A stretch of 64,000 bases of DNA from NCBI GenBank assembly GCA_964016885.1, contig OZ024744.1, positions 90,582,001 to 90,646,000 on the forward strand, read 5' to 3'. The translations under genes and the position numbers were made by a program. Positions 1 to 11,806 of the stretch are shown here, piece after piece. Under the pieces are notes generated by a model. That model was not told the origin of the DNA. It searched no databases and saw only the letters and a program-made list of their open reading frames with translations. The first letter of the stretch is position 1. Every line of letters begins with the position of its first letter. This DNA is from Eledone cirrhosa. Taxonomy: Eukaryota.

Positions 1-289
1 AATGGGAAAATACTTTGAAAGGAAGTTGCCCCTGAAATGAGAATACAAATGGGAAAATACTTTGAAAGGAAATTGCCCCTGAAATGGGAATACAAATGGG
101 AAAATACTTTGAAAGGAAATTGCCCCTGAAATGGGAATACAAATGGGAAAATACTTTGAAAGGAAGTTGCCCCTGAAATTGGAACAAAAATGGGAAAATA
201 CTTTGAAAGGAAATTGCCCCTGAAATGAAAATACAAATGGGAAAATACTTTGAAAGGAAGTTGCTCCTGAAATGGGAATACAAATGGAA
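1..289. repeat. 47-bp minisatellite, ~6 copies (runs off window start)
   Basis: Unit aatgggaaaatactttgaaaggaa(g/a)ttgcccctgaaatg(g/a)gaataca repeated in tandem. Confidence 0.95.
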
Positions 290-459
290 TAAAACAAGTT
301 TTGCATAAATCGGACCATGGGTTCCTGAGATATGGGGTTTTCCCAGGTACCTTCAGAAACAGAGAGAGAGAAACATAGGGAAAAAGAAGATTGAGAGAGA
401 GAGAGAGTGAGAGAGAGGAGAGACAGAGGAGGAGAATGCAAGAGAGCTGGTGGTGGTGT

Positions 460-1046
460 TGTGTATATATATATATATGTGAGTGTGTGTCTATGACCAG
501 TGTATATAGATTGGACACCCACATACATATATATATATGTATACACACACATTTATATATATATATACACACACGTATATATATATGTATACACATACAC
601 ATTTATATATATACATACACACACGTAAATATATATATATACACACACACATTTTTATATATACATACACACACATATATATGGCATTTGTGTATTATTC
701 TATGTACTATATTGACGAGTTGTAGTGCACCTGAGCACTTTACACAATAATTTCATTATTATTATTATTATTATATGTATACACACACACACATTTATAT
801 ATATACATACACACACGTATATATATGTATACACACACATTTATATATATACATACACACACGTATATATATGTATACACACACACACATTTATATATAT
901 ACATACACACACATAGAAATATGTATACACACACACACACATTTATATATATACATACACACACGTATATATATGTATACACACATTTATATATATAAAT
1001 GTTTATAAACTTTGTTTACAGTAAGCACAAAGCCTGCCTCTTTACT

Positions 1047-1079
<33 letters not shown>

Positions 1080-1080
1080 G
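460..1080. repeat. Compound (TA)/(CA) microsatellite with an embedded CR1-like LINE 3' end (~680-775)
   Basis: Low-complexity TA/CA runs. 680-775 is the reverse complement of 27640-27745 and ends in (ATT)n. Confidence 0.85.
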
Positions 1081-1081
1081 G

Positions 1082-1421
1082 AGACACATGGCTTAGTGGT
1101 TAGAGCATTGGCCTTGCAATCGAAAGGTTGTGAGTTCAATTCTCAGACCGGGTGATGTGTTGTTTCCTTGAGCAAGACACTTTATTTCACATCGCTCCAG
1201 TTTATTCAGCTGTAGAAATGAGATGACAGGGACTGGGGTCCCTATCATTCCACTGTAAAGTGGTCGTGGAGGTGCCATGGCAAAAAAGCACCCAGCACTC
1301 ACTGTAAATGAGGTTGGTGTTAGGAAGGGCATCCAGCTGTAGAAATCAAGCCAGAATCAGTTCCCGTCCCACCCTTGCAAGCAGGGAAAAGGGGACGTAA
1401 AATGATGATGATGATAATGAT
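1082..1421 (+). mobile_element. tRNA-derived CORE-like SINE with RTE-type 3' tail
   Basis: A box tggcttagtgg, B box gagttcaattc, CORE-like ttgagcaagacactt...ctgtagaaatgag, tail gacgtaaaa(tga)n shared with the RTE LINE 3' ends. Near-identical copies at 45072-45495, 61730-62010 and 62670-62930. Confidence 0.85.
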
Positions 1422-1730
1422 ATACACACGTATATATATATATGGGCCTTAATGTTTCATTTCACATTATATACATGTCTGTGTATATTTCAATTATTTA
1501 AACATTTTTAAACATAATTTAAAAAAAAATTTTGAAGTGAACATGACCCAACGGGTCACGGGTGGTCTAGTAATATAATAAAGGGAGGAATGTGGAATTG
1601 TGTCCTGAATATATTTTTTTATCCTGTTAGAAAAATAAGTCGGATTACTTTGAATAAATAATGAATAAATATTACATAATTTATGTACAAAATTTCGTAG
1701 CTGTTGATTAAACATAAATATTCTTATATA

Positions 1731-1995
1731 TAATTGTTTCTACTTTTTGGCACAAGGCCAGCAATTATCTCAGTGTATCACTGGTACTTTATTTTATTCA
1801 CCCCGTAAGGATGAAAAGCAAAGTTAACCTCGGTGGGATTTGAACTCAGTCCGTAAAGCGACGTAACTATGCTGGAAAGTATTGTGTTCGACCCTCTACC
1901 GATACTGCCAATCCACTGCCCTTATTCTTATATATAATTGTTTCTACTTTTGGCACACGGCCAGCAATTACCCAGTACATTACTGGTTCTTTATT
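1731..1995 (-). mobile_element. Second tRNA-derived SINE family (Meta-domain-like), full copy plus 3' fragment
   Basis: Reverse complement reads ggcagtggattggcagtatcggtag...ctgagttcaaatccc...gctttcatccttacggggtga. Flanked by the repeated ttcttatatataat target duplication. Confidence 0.85.
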
Positions 1996-2189
1996 CTTAT
2001 ATATAATGATTGCTTATTTTAAGATTCACTTCTTTTAAAGTTTCCTGCTAGCATGTGCAGTATGCATATTGATATTATATGCAAATATACATGCATGTAG
2101 ATATAATACATCAAATAAAATCGTAATTGAGAATATACACAGAAATTGAAGAGAGACTGTGTTACACTCTCTTATGTAAGTAAAGTAAT

Positions 2190-3778
2190 CTATGATACAA
2201 TTAAAAAAGATGATATTATATATGGAGAAAATATACAACGGAAAATATCATAACAGGAAGTGTGAAAAAACCACATTCAAGAGAAGGTTGCTCTCTAAAC
2301 ATAAAGACCAACGAACTACCATAAAGGAACTTAAAATGAAGAGTTCTACAAATATCTTGGAGTTAATGAAGGAAATGGAATCCAGCATGCAAGTATGAAG
2401 GAAAAGATACGGAAGGAGTACATAAGGAGAGTGAGACTGGTAAGAAAAAGTGAGCTAAACTCCTGCAACAAGTTCAAAGCCATTAATATTCTAGCAGTAT
2501 TAGTTGTAACAGAAAGCTTTAACATCATAAACTGGAACTTACACATTGGACACTAAGACAAGGAAACTATTGACAACGGAAAAAAATGCATTACCCTAAA
2601 GCTGATGTACATAGGCTATATACCTCAAGGAGAGAAGGTGGAAGGGGGCTCCGACAACTGGAAGCTGTATACAAGACAGCAGCCATTGGATTGGATAGCT
2701 ACCTCCACCACATCCTAGATGAACTCCTTATGCCTGTACTCAAACATGAACAAATTAAGAAACTACACTCAATAACAAAAGAGGCAAAAAAATTTAGGCA
2801 AAAACTGAACATGGAACAAGACATACCCATAGAAAATCAACAATAGAGTGCTGCACAGCTAGCTATGACTGAAAATCAAAGCAAAGAAACTCCAAACAAA
2901 GGAACTAAACTGTGAATGGAAGGTGAAACCACTACATGGTAGATTCCCAGAACGACTTTCTGACAATATCAATAAGCATGGCTCACTATCCTGACTCAGA
3001 AGTGATGGTTTGAAAGCAGAGACCGGGGGGGGGGGGGGGGGGGGGGGGCTCCTAGTTGCTGCACAAGACCAATCTCTAAACACTCGGGCCTATAGACACA
3101 GAATAATGAATGATGGGACTAGCCTTCTATGCAGAATATGTTCCAACTACAAAGAAACAGTAGATCATGTTATTTCCAGGTGTCCAGAGCTGGCAAAAAC
3201 TAACTATATTGAAAGACACAACCACTTGCCAAATATGTGCACTGGATGCTCTGCCGCTTTCATGATTTCCAAAATTCTAACAATGGTGTATACCAAAAAC
3301 AGTCATGGAAAGGGGCAATATATCCATCTTGTGGGATATGCCTGTGATAACTGACCAAGAAATCGTTGCCAACAGACCAGATATCATAAAAAACAAAACA
3401 GATTGGAAATTTAGCTTTATAGATATTTCCATACCAGCTGGCAAGAATACATCTGTAAAAACAATGGAAAAACTGTCAAAATACAAAAACCTGGAAATAG
3501 AGATCAACTGCATGTGGAGGATGACCACAAACCCTATCCCTGTGGTAATAGGAGCATTAGGATTAATACCCAAATCCTCAGACCTGCACCTTAGCATCCT
3601 TCCCTGCAAGATCAGCAAATATGAGCTAGAGAAGATCACGCTTCTAGGAACAGCACACATTCTCAGACGAGTTCTCTCTACAAAGAAAATATCTATTGCC
3701 CTAGTTTCAAGGCCTGAACCCAGCAATAGAGAAACAGAACCGAGCCAAACCATATAACGCAACAATAATAATAATAAT
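2190..3778 (+). mobile_element. 5'-truncated non-LTR retrotransposon with restriction-like endonuclease (R4/Dong-like), disrupted
   Basis: RT C-terminal motif LYTSRREGGRGL, CCHC knuckle CRICSNYKETVDHVISRC, RHN motif, RLE RPDII...FIDISIP...K..KY, PVVIGALG. Ends in (AAT)n. Multiple frameshifts. Confidence 0.85.
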
Positions 3779-3784
3779 TTTGTT

Positions 3785-5715
3785 ATTGGCCATCAGGGCC
3801 ATGGGGTCAATACATAAAACAGAGAAATTGGAGGTTTTACAGAAAAATCGAGTAAACAATATAAAAAACAATAACAATAAACAATATAATTATAACAATA
3901 CAAATTCCCCAATATGGGGGAGGACCACCCAGTGGTGACTCAGGAACCCCATCAATCCTGAACAAGATGCTCCAAGAGCACCTGGGAAGGGCACCGCTCT
4001 CCTCACTAAATCAGCCAGCATGCTCAGAGTAGGCCCATTCACATAGACCATTCTTGCCACTTTCACCCACCTTTTAGCAAATGTACTGTGGGGCAGTACT
4101 TCCCTCTTCACCCTCACCTTCCTTTCCAAGTGAAACTTGAAAAAGTGGGAATACCTCCGATGATCACCCGTGAAGAAATCCCACAAGTCACAGTAACCTT
4201 GACCAATTTACAGGTTCATACTCAGAGCAGGCCCATTCACTTGGATCATGCTTGCCTCTCTCACTCACCTTTTAACAAATTGGTTGGAAGGCAGCATTTC
4301 CCTCACTAGTTAAAGTAGTGAAAAGGTTAATTAGGGCTTTGCTTTTCTTTAACCCTTTCAAGTGCATTCACCACACAACCTCTTTCACCATGGCCACCAA
4401 CAAATAAAAACTGCCTGTCCTTCCTCTCTAAAGGAAGACGTCTGTATGATATTCACAATAGACTCAGTTGATAGTTAAATCTGTCCCACACACGACAGCA
4501 GGTGTTCAACATAAACCCACAAACCAGCAATGCTTTGTAAGACAGTTTCATCACCCTGTGTGCATCTTGGAGAGGTCCAGGTGATGCCTGCTGAGTTTAT
4601 CTCAAACTGGCAAAGCTCCTTGGTAGCACTACCAGGCCAGGAATTTCTGGAAGTAAACCATGGGCCTTGGACTGAAAGTCCTCTGCAAAAGAGTGGCAAC
4701 TTGATTTTCATCGACCTCAAGAGTCTCCACAAGAATATCGTCGTTTTTACCCACCACCAAACCTCTACAGAAAGCTAAGGTAGAGTTTCCACCAATTGCA
4801 CTGCTCGATTGGTTGAGGGCTCTGAGTACTTGGTAGTTTCGAAGCACTCTCTCTCAATCTTCGTTTGACCCACGACTGCAGCTCTGTCAAAGAGATGAGC
4901 TGTGGAAAACTGTGTCCCACAAACAGTGACTACACCTGTTCACCATCGTGTTAAAGCTGGAGATGACATAGCCTGAGCACATGTTTGTGCATCATCAGCC
5001 ACAGCATCCCCTGTCCTCCACTCTGTAGGTGTTGGCAGCAAATGGACCACCTGACCATTGGCACGCGTCCCTTTCAGAAAAAGTGCAAATGCTCCAATGT
5101 AGTCAGACATGGACCAAGACAAGTCAGGACGGTTAGTTAGTAGTAGATGATGGACAGGATGTATGCATTCGCCACCTCTGCCCGACCTTTCAGAGATAGC
5201 TTCTTCTCAGCTCATTCCTGGGTGAGAGTGGTCACTTTGCTCGTTACCTCATCCCAGTTTTTGTCCATTTGGAGGTCTGGATCAAATCAGACCCTGTGCA
5301 ATTTAACAGGTCTGCCTGTCCAGTGCCTAATCCTGTTGTTGGACTGCAAGGACTTGCCTCTCCAGGTGCCAAGCTGCACACCCATAAACTTTTTCTGGTT
5401 ATATTTTGCTCCTGTTATTGCTTTGCATAACTTGAGAACAGTACTGGATCTTTCACATTCTAGTTCAAGTGGGATGTCTCTCAACATCTCCAATTTGTGA
5501 AGTAGTTTCTCAAAAGTCAATACATACAACAGAGGTGAGAGAGTAGAACCTTGGTGAACTGAGCGCATGTTGTTAAATGGTTCTAAGAGGTAGCCATTCG
5601 CTCTAACCACCGAACAGTAATCTATCCTCTGAATACAGGCATGTAGCCCTCTATCTTGAGAACTGCCACCAGGTACCGATGGTCGGCCCTATTGAATGCT
5701 TTCGACTGATCTAAG
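3785..5715 (-). mobile_element. Tx1/L1-clade LINE 3' portion, degenerate
   Basis: ORF pieces VHQGSTLSPLLY and GVQLGTWRG. Collinear with the copy at 22010-27597. Confidence 0.85.
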
Positions 5716-6838
5716 GAATAAGCAGGGGTGGATCAGGAGGATCAGAATTTTTCTACGTTATCTCCCTTGATTTTTAAAAAACCAGAATTAGTCGTTTAGT
5801 TTAAATATTGAGATGCCAACTCATCCTATTTATTTTATAACGTATGGGATTTCTAGTAATATATTTTTTTTGTCATGTATAATGCTTTTTAATGTATAAA
5901 GAAAATTAATTGTTGCAGGATCGCTAAAAATTAAAATAAAATTTCGCCGGAGATAGATTAGCAACATTTAATAAGCGGGGAGAAGGTGGGGGTGGGACGA
6001 TTATTCAAGATAAAAAACTGGGCGAGGGACGATTATTCAAGATAAGAGATTAACTGCAATACCAGTTATTATCATTATTGAAATTAACATATGCCTTATA
6101 TATAATCCTCAGTACATATGATTAGAAGCAGCGAATTGACAGAGTCGTTAGAATGTCGGTATTCGTTTTGGCTCAAATCCCTCCATGATCAAATTTGCCT
6201 TTCGTCCATTGAATGTCGATGAAAAAAAAGCACCAGTCTTGTATTGTGGTCGATTATTCCGTTTTCTCACTCTTCTAGCCTTCTCTAGAAGAAATCTGCT
6301 GTATTGAGACCCGGAGAGGAGATGGCACCGCCAGGCATTAAAAAAAAAATGCCCTAGAAATGCCGTATGCTAATACATTACCCCCTACGACTCCCTAAAG
6401 GATTACGGGTACATACATATTACTACTAATATTATTATTAAATAGGTCACAGTAACCTTATTATTATTCTTTCTTTCTACCGGTGAGCGACGAGCAAATA
6501 AACAGAAAATGGTTGGCGATTAGAAATTTTGGTGGATGATATAGGATTTCAAGTATTAAGAAGTTATTTCAACATACGCTACCTAAAACAATATTCAAAG
6601 GAGATATGCAAAGAACCTGTATAAAAAGGAAGCTAAATAGGAATAACTGGGCCATATACCTATATAAGTACACTGGCGGCCTCCCAGCATTCACCCCAGT
6701 CTGTACTGTGCTCACATTTATTTATAAGGCACCTATTGGCACCTATCATAATGCTCATTTTCTTTGAAATAAAAGATGTTAAGAAGTATTTAAATATTGC
6801 ATAATATAATTTAAAAAAAATATTTTAAATATCTAAAT

Positions 6839-7745
6839 CATCATCATCATCATCATCATCACCGTTTTACGTCGATTCTTCCACGCTAGCATGGGTTGGA
6901 CGGGTTGTCCTGTTGTGAGCAGTGCCAAGTCGGGTGACCTTGTCTTGCTCAAACGGGAACTGATTTTGGCTTGATTTCTACAGCTGGATACCCTTCCTAA
7001 CACCAACCTCATTTACAGTGTGGGCTGGGTACTTTTTTACCATGGCGCCAACACAATCACTTTACAGTGTGGGCTAGGTGCTTTTATCGTGACACCTCCA
7101 CAACCACTTTGCAGTGGGAGTGGGTGGTGATATATTGTCTATATGCTTCAGCTTCGGCTTGTACCCGTGGGAAGTCAGGCCTTCTGTATTACTGTGTGAT
7201 GCCAGAGGTTATTGTCCTGTGTCATCGTCTTTGAGAGGTGCAATTGGGCAAGGTCAGCTTTTATCACCTCATCCCAGGTCTTCTTGGGCCTCCCCACTCC
7301 AAGGCTTCCATTGACTTCTAGTGCTCTGCACCTTTTCATGCAGCTGTCATCCTTCATATGTCCACACCATTTGATTCCTCTTATGCTCAGTCTCTCTCTC
7401 AATTCATTTATGCTTTGCCATTCACGTATATTACTATTACAGATCCATCGGAGCATGCAAGATTCGTTTCTTTCTAATCTACGCAAGTCTTCTACACACA
7501 GCGCCCAGGTCTTACTACCATGTAACATTGCTGTTCGTATGCACGCATCATACAGTCTGCCTTTCATTTTGAGGGAAAGACCTTTTGCAGCTAGCAGCTT
7601 GCAGCTAGATCCCTGAACTTCTCCCATCCCATTCTTACCCTGGTTACTGTACTCTCAGAATACCCACCTCTGCTGCTAATTTGGTCACCTAGGTAACGAA
7701 AGCTGTCTACTGTTTCTACAGAGCCCTCCCAGAGTTTGGTAGTGC
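6839..7745 (-). mobile_element. RTE-clade LINE 3' fragment
   Basis: FRYLG, KGRLYDACIRTAMLHGS, GRPKKTW motifs and a (TGA)n tail. Confidence 0.9.
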
Positions 7746-7770
7746 TGTAGTAAGCAAAGGCACTACTTAC

Positions 7771-8128
7771 TGTAGCGAGAGTACTGGGTTGCATGAATGT
7801 AACAAGGAATACATTGTTTGTGTGTATAATATTTAATTAACAATGGTAGATAGTATAGTCGACATGTCAAAGAAATAGATGATAGAATGAAACAAAGTTA
7901 GTCGTTACCGTTTTGATTGCCAGGCAAACGCGGCTGGCAGAGGACGCCTGGCTAAGGCCAGCCAGGCGCCGGAAGGCCAAATGAGAGGCAGAGCCAAATG
8001 AGAGGCAGAGCCAAATGAGAGAGTGAGAACTTAAAGTTGTTAGTTTTATAGGGTTCTGACCGGAAGTTACAGAAAGGGTTCTACTTCCCGTCTAGATGTT
8101 AATCCAAACAAGGGAGACAACCGCTACA
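7771..8128 (-). mobile_element. Gypsy LTR copy A (358 bp, inverted)
   Basis: TGTAGCG...CGCTACA termini. Reverse complement of 11238-11595 with no differences seen. Confidence 0.93.
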
Positions 8129-8965
8129 TAACACGCCTATAGAAATTGATTAGGCCTAAGAAGTGACGCAACTGGTGAAGTGTAGTAGGCGGCGATAACT
8201 CCTGTATGGCTTGAACTCGGCGTCGATGAGGTGGCCTAAAAAATGTAGGGAAGTGGAACCGAAAACACACTTTGCAGGATTCACGCGAACGCGGTAATCC
8301 TGAAGTCGCCAAAGTAAGAGAAGCATGTGGCGCATATGCTCTTCCGGAGAGGAACTAGCGACGAGAATATCGTCTATGTAAGCATAGACGAAGTCCAGAC
8401 CACGCGTGACCTCGTCTATGAACCGCTGAAAAGTGCTAGCGGCGTTCCTGAGTCCGAAAGGCATGGTCAAAAATTCGAATGATCCGAAAGGGGTTGTAAT
8501 TGCAGTTTTCGGAATATCCTCCTTCCTGACCGGAATTTGGTGGTAGGCTCGCACTAAATCTAACTTAGAAAAAATCTTTCACCCCTGCAGTGAAGATGCA
8601 AAATCGTGGAGATGGGGAATGGGATACCTATCCGGGACGGTCATGGCATTTAACCTCCTATAATCCCCCGTGGGTCTCCAGTCGCCGGAAGTCTTGGGCA
8701 CCATGTGTAACGGTGAAGGCCAAGGACTTGTAGATGGGCGAATAATGCCCAGCTGCAGCATATGGTCGAACTCGGACCGTGCTGCCTTTAATTTTTCCGT
8801 TGGTAAACGGCGTGGACGCGAAAACACTGGGGCACCGGTGGTGGAAACAAAATGTTCGGTCGAGTGTGCTGGGTCAGTGACTCGAAAATTTCCATCCGTG
8901 AGCTCCGGGAAAGAACCCAGTAACGCATGGTAAGCGTCACCAGCGGCAGCGATAAAGAACACGGG
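8129..8965 (-). pseudogene. Gypsy reverse transcriptase fragment
   Basis: [46 protein letters not shown]. Frameshifted and truncated at LTR A. Confidence 0.93.
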
Positions 8966-8973
8966 GCTGACTA

Positions 8974-9879
8974 TTGGGGCCTTGGCTATTCAGCAGTGGA
9001 TATTCCTACATATTGACGTGTGTCGATCATTTTTCGCGATGGCCTGAAGCCATCCCTTTACAAGACATGACTGCTGAGACTGTAGCACGTGCCCTGGTAT
9101 CAGGGTGGATTACCCGCTTTGGGGTACCAACTACACTCACCACAGACCGCGGTAGACAATTCGAGTCCCATCTCTTCTCTGAGCTCACCAAAATAATTGG
9201 AGCTCAACGGATTCGGACCACGGCCTATCATCCTGCTTCAAATGGAATGGTGGAACGATTCGACCGCCAATTAAAGGCCGCTCTTCGCGCCTATCCAGAC
9301 TCTCAACGTTGGAGCGAGTACCTTCCTATTGTGTTATTGGGAATTCGGTCATCAATAAAGGAGGACCTTGGGTTCTCCCCGGCCGAATTAATTTACGGTG
9401 CTCCTCTAGCGTTGCCTGGGCAAATGCTTGCCCCTGTTGATCTTGCTTTCCAAGATCCGCTTTCCTACGTATCCCGTCTGCGTTCTTATTTACAGGACCT
9501 GCCGCCGATGGATACGAGGAAGCAAACTGTAAAACCTGCGGTCCCGAGGGACATTGCCTCGTGGACCCATGTGTTCGTAAGGAACGATGCTGTGAGACCA
9601 CCCCTCACACAACCATACTCTGGACCCTACCGTGTGTTAGCACGCACTGACAAACATTTCACTGTAGACGTTAAGGGGTCCAGAGAGACAATTTCGGTGG
9701 ATAGACTGAAAAGGGCATACAATGACGCTCATACACCCGAGCCACAAATACCCCAAACTTTCATCATTGTGCATACACCTGCTCCTTCTGCCCCACCTTC
9801 ACCTACATACAAGACTACGACCCGTTCCGGTCGGAGAGTCCACTGGCCCAAAAAGTTCTGCCAAACTATTTTTATGTGA
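8974..9879 (+). mobile_element. Gypsy DDE integrase core and C-terminus (open fragment)
   Basis: [31 protein letters not shown] motif, terminal TRSGRRV. Confidence 0.93.
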
Positions 9880-9898
9880 ACCGGCCATGGGAGCCTTA

Positions 9899-9914
<16 letters not shown>

Positions 9915-9932
<18 letters not shown>

Positions 9933-10085
9933 TTTTGCTGTTCTTATTTATTGATTTATGGATGTATATATATGTTTTTTGTTTTTTTTTGCTGTTCTTA
10001 TTTATTGATTTATGGATGTATATATATGTTTTTTTTTTTTTTTGCTGTTCTTATTTATTGATTTATGGATGTATATATATGTTTT
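9915..10085. repeat. ~57-bp tandem repeat x3 in Gypsy 3' non-coding region
   Basis: tttgctgttcttatttattgatttatggatgtatatatatg repeated three times. Confidence 0.9.
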
Positions 10086-10189
10086 TCGTTTCCTTTACAA
10101 CGAACATTTTAAGCTATATTCTTCTATTTGCCGGTTTATAAATTTACCACGTAAATTTACCGTTGATAACCGCGCATTTATTAAGAATG

Positions 10190-10573
10190 TATAGCGAGGA
10201 TACTGGGTGTATGAATGTAACAAAACGAGACATTGTTTGTGTATATAATATTTAATTAACGGTAGATAGAATACTTGACATGTCAAAGATAGATGTTAGA
10301 ATGAAACAAAGTTAGTAGTTACCGTTTTGATTGCCAGGCAAACGCGGCTGGCAGAGGGCGCCTGGCTAAGGCCAGGCGCCTGGCTAAGGCCAGGCGCCTG
10401 TTGGCCAAATTAATGGCAGAGCCAAATGAGAGGCTCTTCGACCTGGTGCCGAAAAGGCAAAGAGAGGAAGGAAGCTTAAAGTTGTTAGTTTTATAGGGCT
10501 CTGACCGGAAGTTGCAGAAAGGGTTCCACTTCCCGTCTAGATCCTAATCAAAACAAGGGAGACAACCGCTACA
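10190..10573 (-). mobile_element. Solo LTR (divergent copy B of the same family) with AATG TSD
   Basis: Homologous to LTR A/C with several substitutions and indels. AATG at 10186-10189 and 10574-10577. Confidence 0.9.
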
Positions 10574-11237
10574 AATGCTTATTTCTCTGGTCGCTGGCCT
10601 CTGGACCCTTCCAGGTCAACGCATTCTCAACATCGACCATCAACTTCGGCTGCTATTTCTAGCACTTTGCGCAACCCATTTTTTCTGAAAACATTTTTTT
10701 TTTACTGTGAATTTAAACACCGAATACGCTCACTCAGCGAGACAACAGCAGCAGCAACAGCAACAGCAATACAGCAGCAACAGCAATATAACAGCAACAG
10801 CAACAGCAACAGCAATACATCAACACAGCTTCACCAACAACCAAAGCCAGAGAATTTATTTTTGCAGCACTCTCCCTGTGAGAAAATCCATTCGGAGGTT
10901 GGAAATTTTACGATATACCACAGAACAGAAACCACCTGCATTCATTCTCTGGAACACACTTTCTTTCCTGCTGTCATGTGATTGCACACCTGTGAACTAT
11001 ATTTTGTACATTTGAACTTTGAGCCCTTCTCTTACTTTATTACATTGTATCTTTGGGTGATGGATAGATAGATGTCCAGCCGTTCTCTGGCCAAGAGCGG
11101 TTGGCTACCTTGATATCTATCATTGATTTTTGCAAACATTCTTTTGTCGTAATTTTCATGCCTGTTACAACATTCTCGCCAACTTGCTACATATTTTCAT
11201 TTCTATTTTTATATCCTAAAATTCTGGCGGGAGGTTA

Positions 11238-11595
11238 TGTAGCGGTTGTCTCCCTTGTTTGGATTAACATCTAGACGGGAAGTAGAACCCTTTCTGTAAC
11301 TTCCGGTCAGAACCCTATAAAACTAACAACTTTAAGTTCTCACTCTCTCATTTGGCTCTGCCTCTCATTTGGCTCTGCCTCTCATTTGGCCTTCCGGCGC
11401 CTGGCTGGCCTTAGCCAGGCGTCCTCTGCCAGCCGCGTTTGCCTGGCAATCAAAACGGTAACGACTAACTTTGTTTCATTCTATCATCTATTTCTTTGAC
11501 ATGTCGACTATACTATCTACCATTGTTAATTAAATATTATACACACAAACAATGTATTCCTTGTTACATTCATGCAACCCAGTACTCTCGCTACA
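11238..11595 (+). mobile_element. Gypsy 3' LTR copy C with preceding polypurine tract
   Basis: ggcgggaggtta PPT, then TGTAGCG...CGCTACA, followed by TTAC. Confidence 0.93.
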
Positions 11596-11806
11596 TTACC
11601 ATGGCCGAACAAGTGGCTTGCGCTTGGTAAGTTGCTGGTCCTCTAAGTCAGCGGTGTAGAAACACCAGGTACTTTTTTTACACCCAGCAAAAAAGTTCGC
11701 ACTTTTTTTTCTTCTCTACACAGTTGGTGCTTTCATTTTGTGAAGACAAGACCTAATTACGTTCCCGGTCGATGCTAGCAAGAAGTAGCACTAAAAAAGA
11801 AACTTT

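Noticed and set aside
391-1008. Y/I/H/T-rich ORFs (also 40399-40617, 54209-54647, 62344-62739)
   Set aside because: Translations of TA/CA microsatellites.
1082-1150. tRNA gene
   Set aside because: A/B boxes are present, but the sequence continues into a multicopy SINE body and no full cloverleaf is seen.
7746-7770. Start of the 5' LTR of the second Gypsy element (continuing at 11600-11722)
   Set aside because: It does not match the putative 3' LTR from 13553. It may be a separate short element but is unsupported.
10667-11015. Poly-Q ORFs as a possible env or accessory gene
   Set aside because: Short, non-ATG, low-complexity CAG/CAA run with no recognisable domain.
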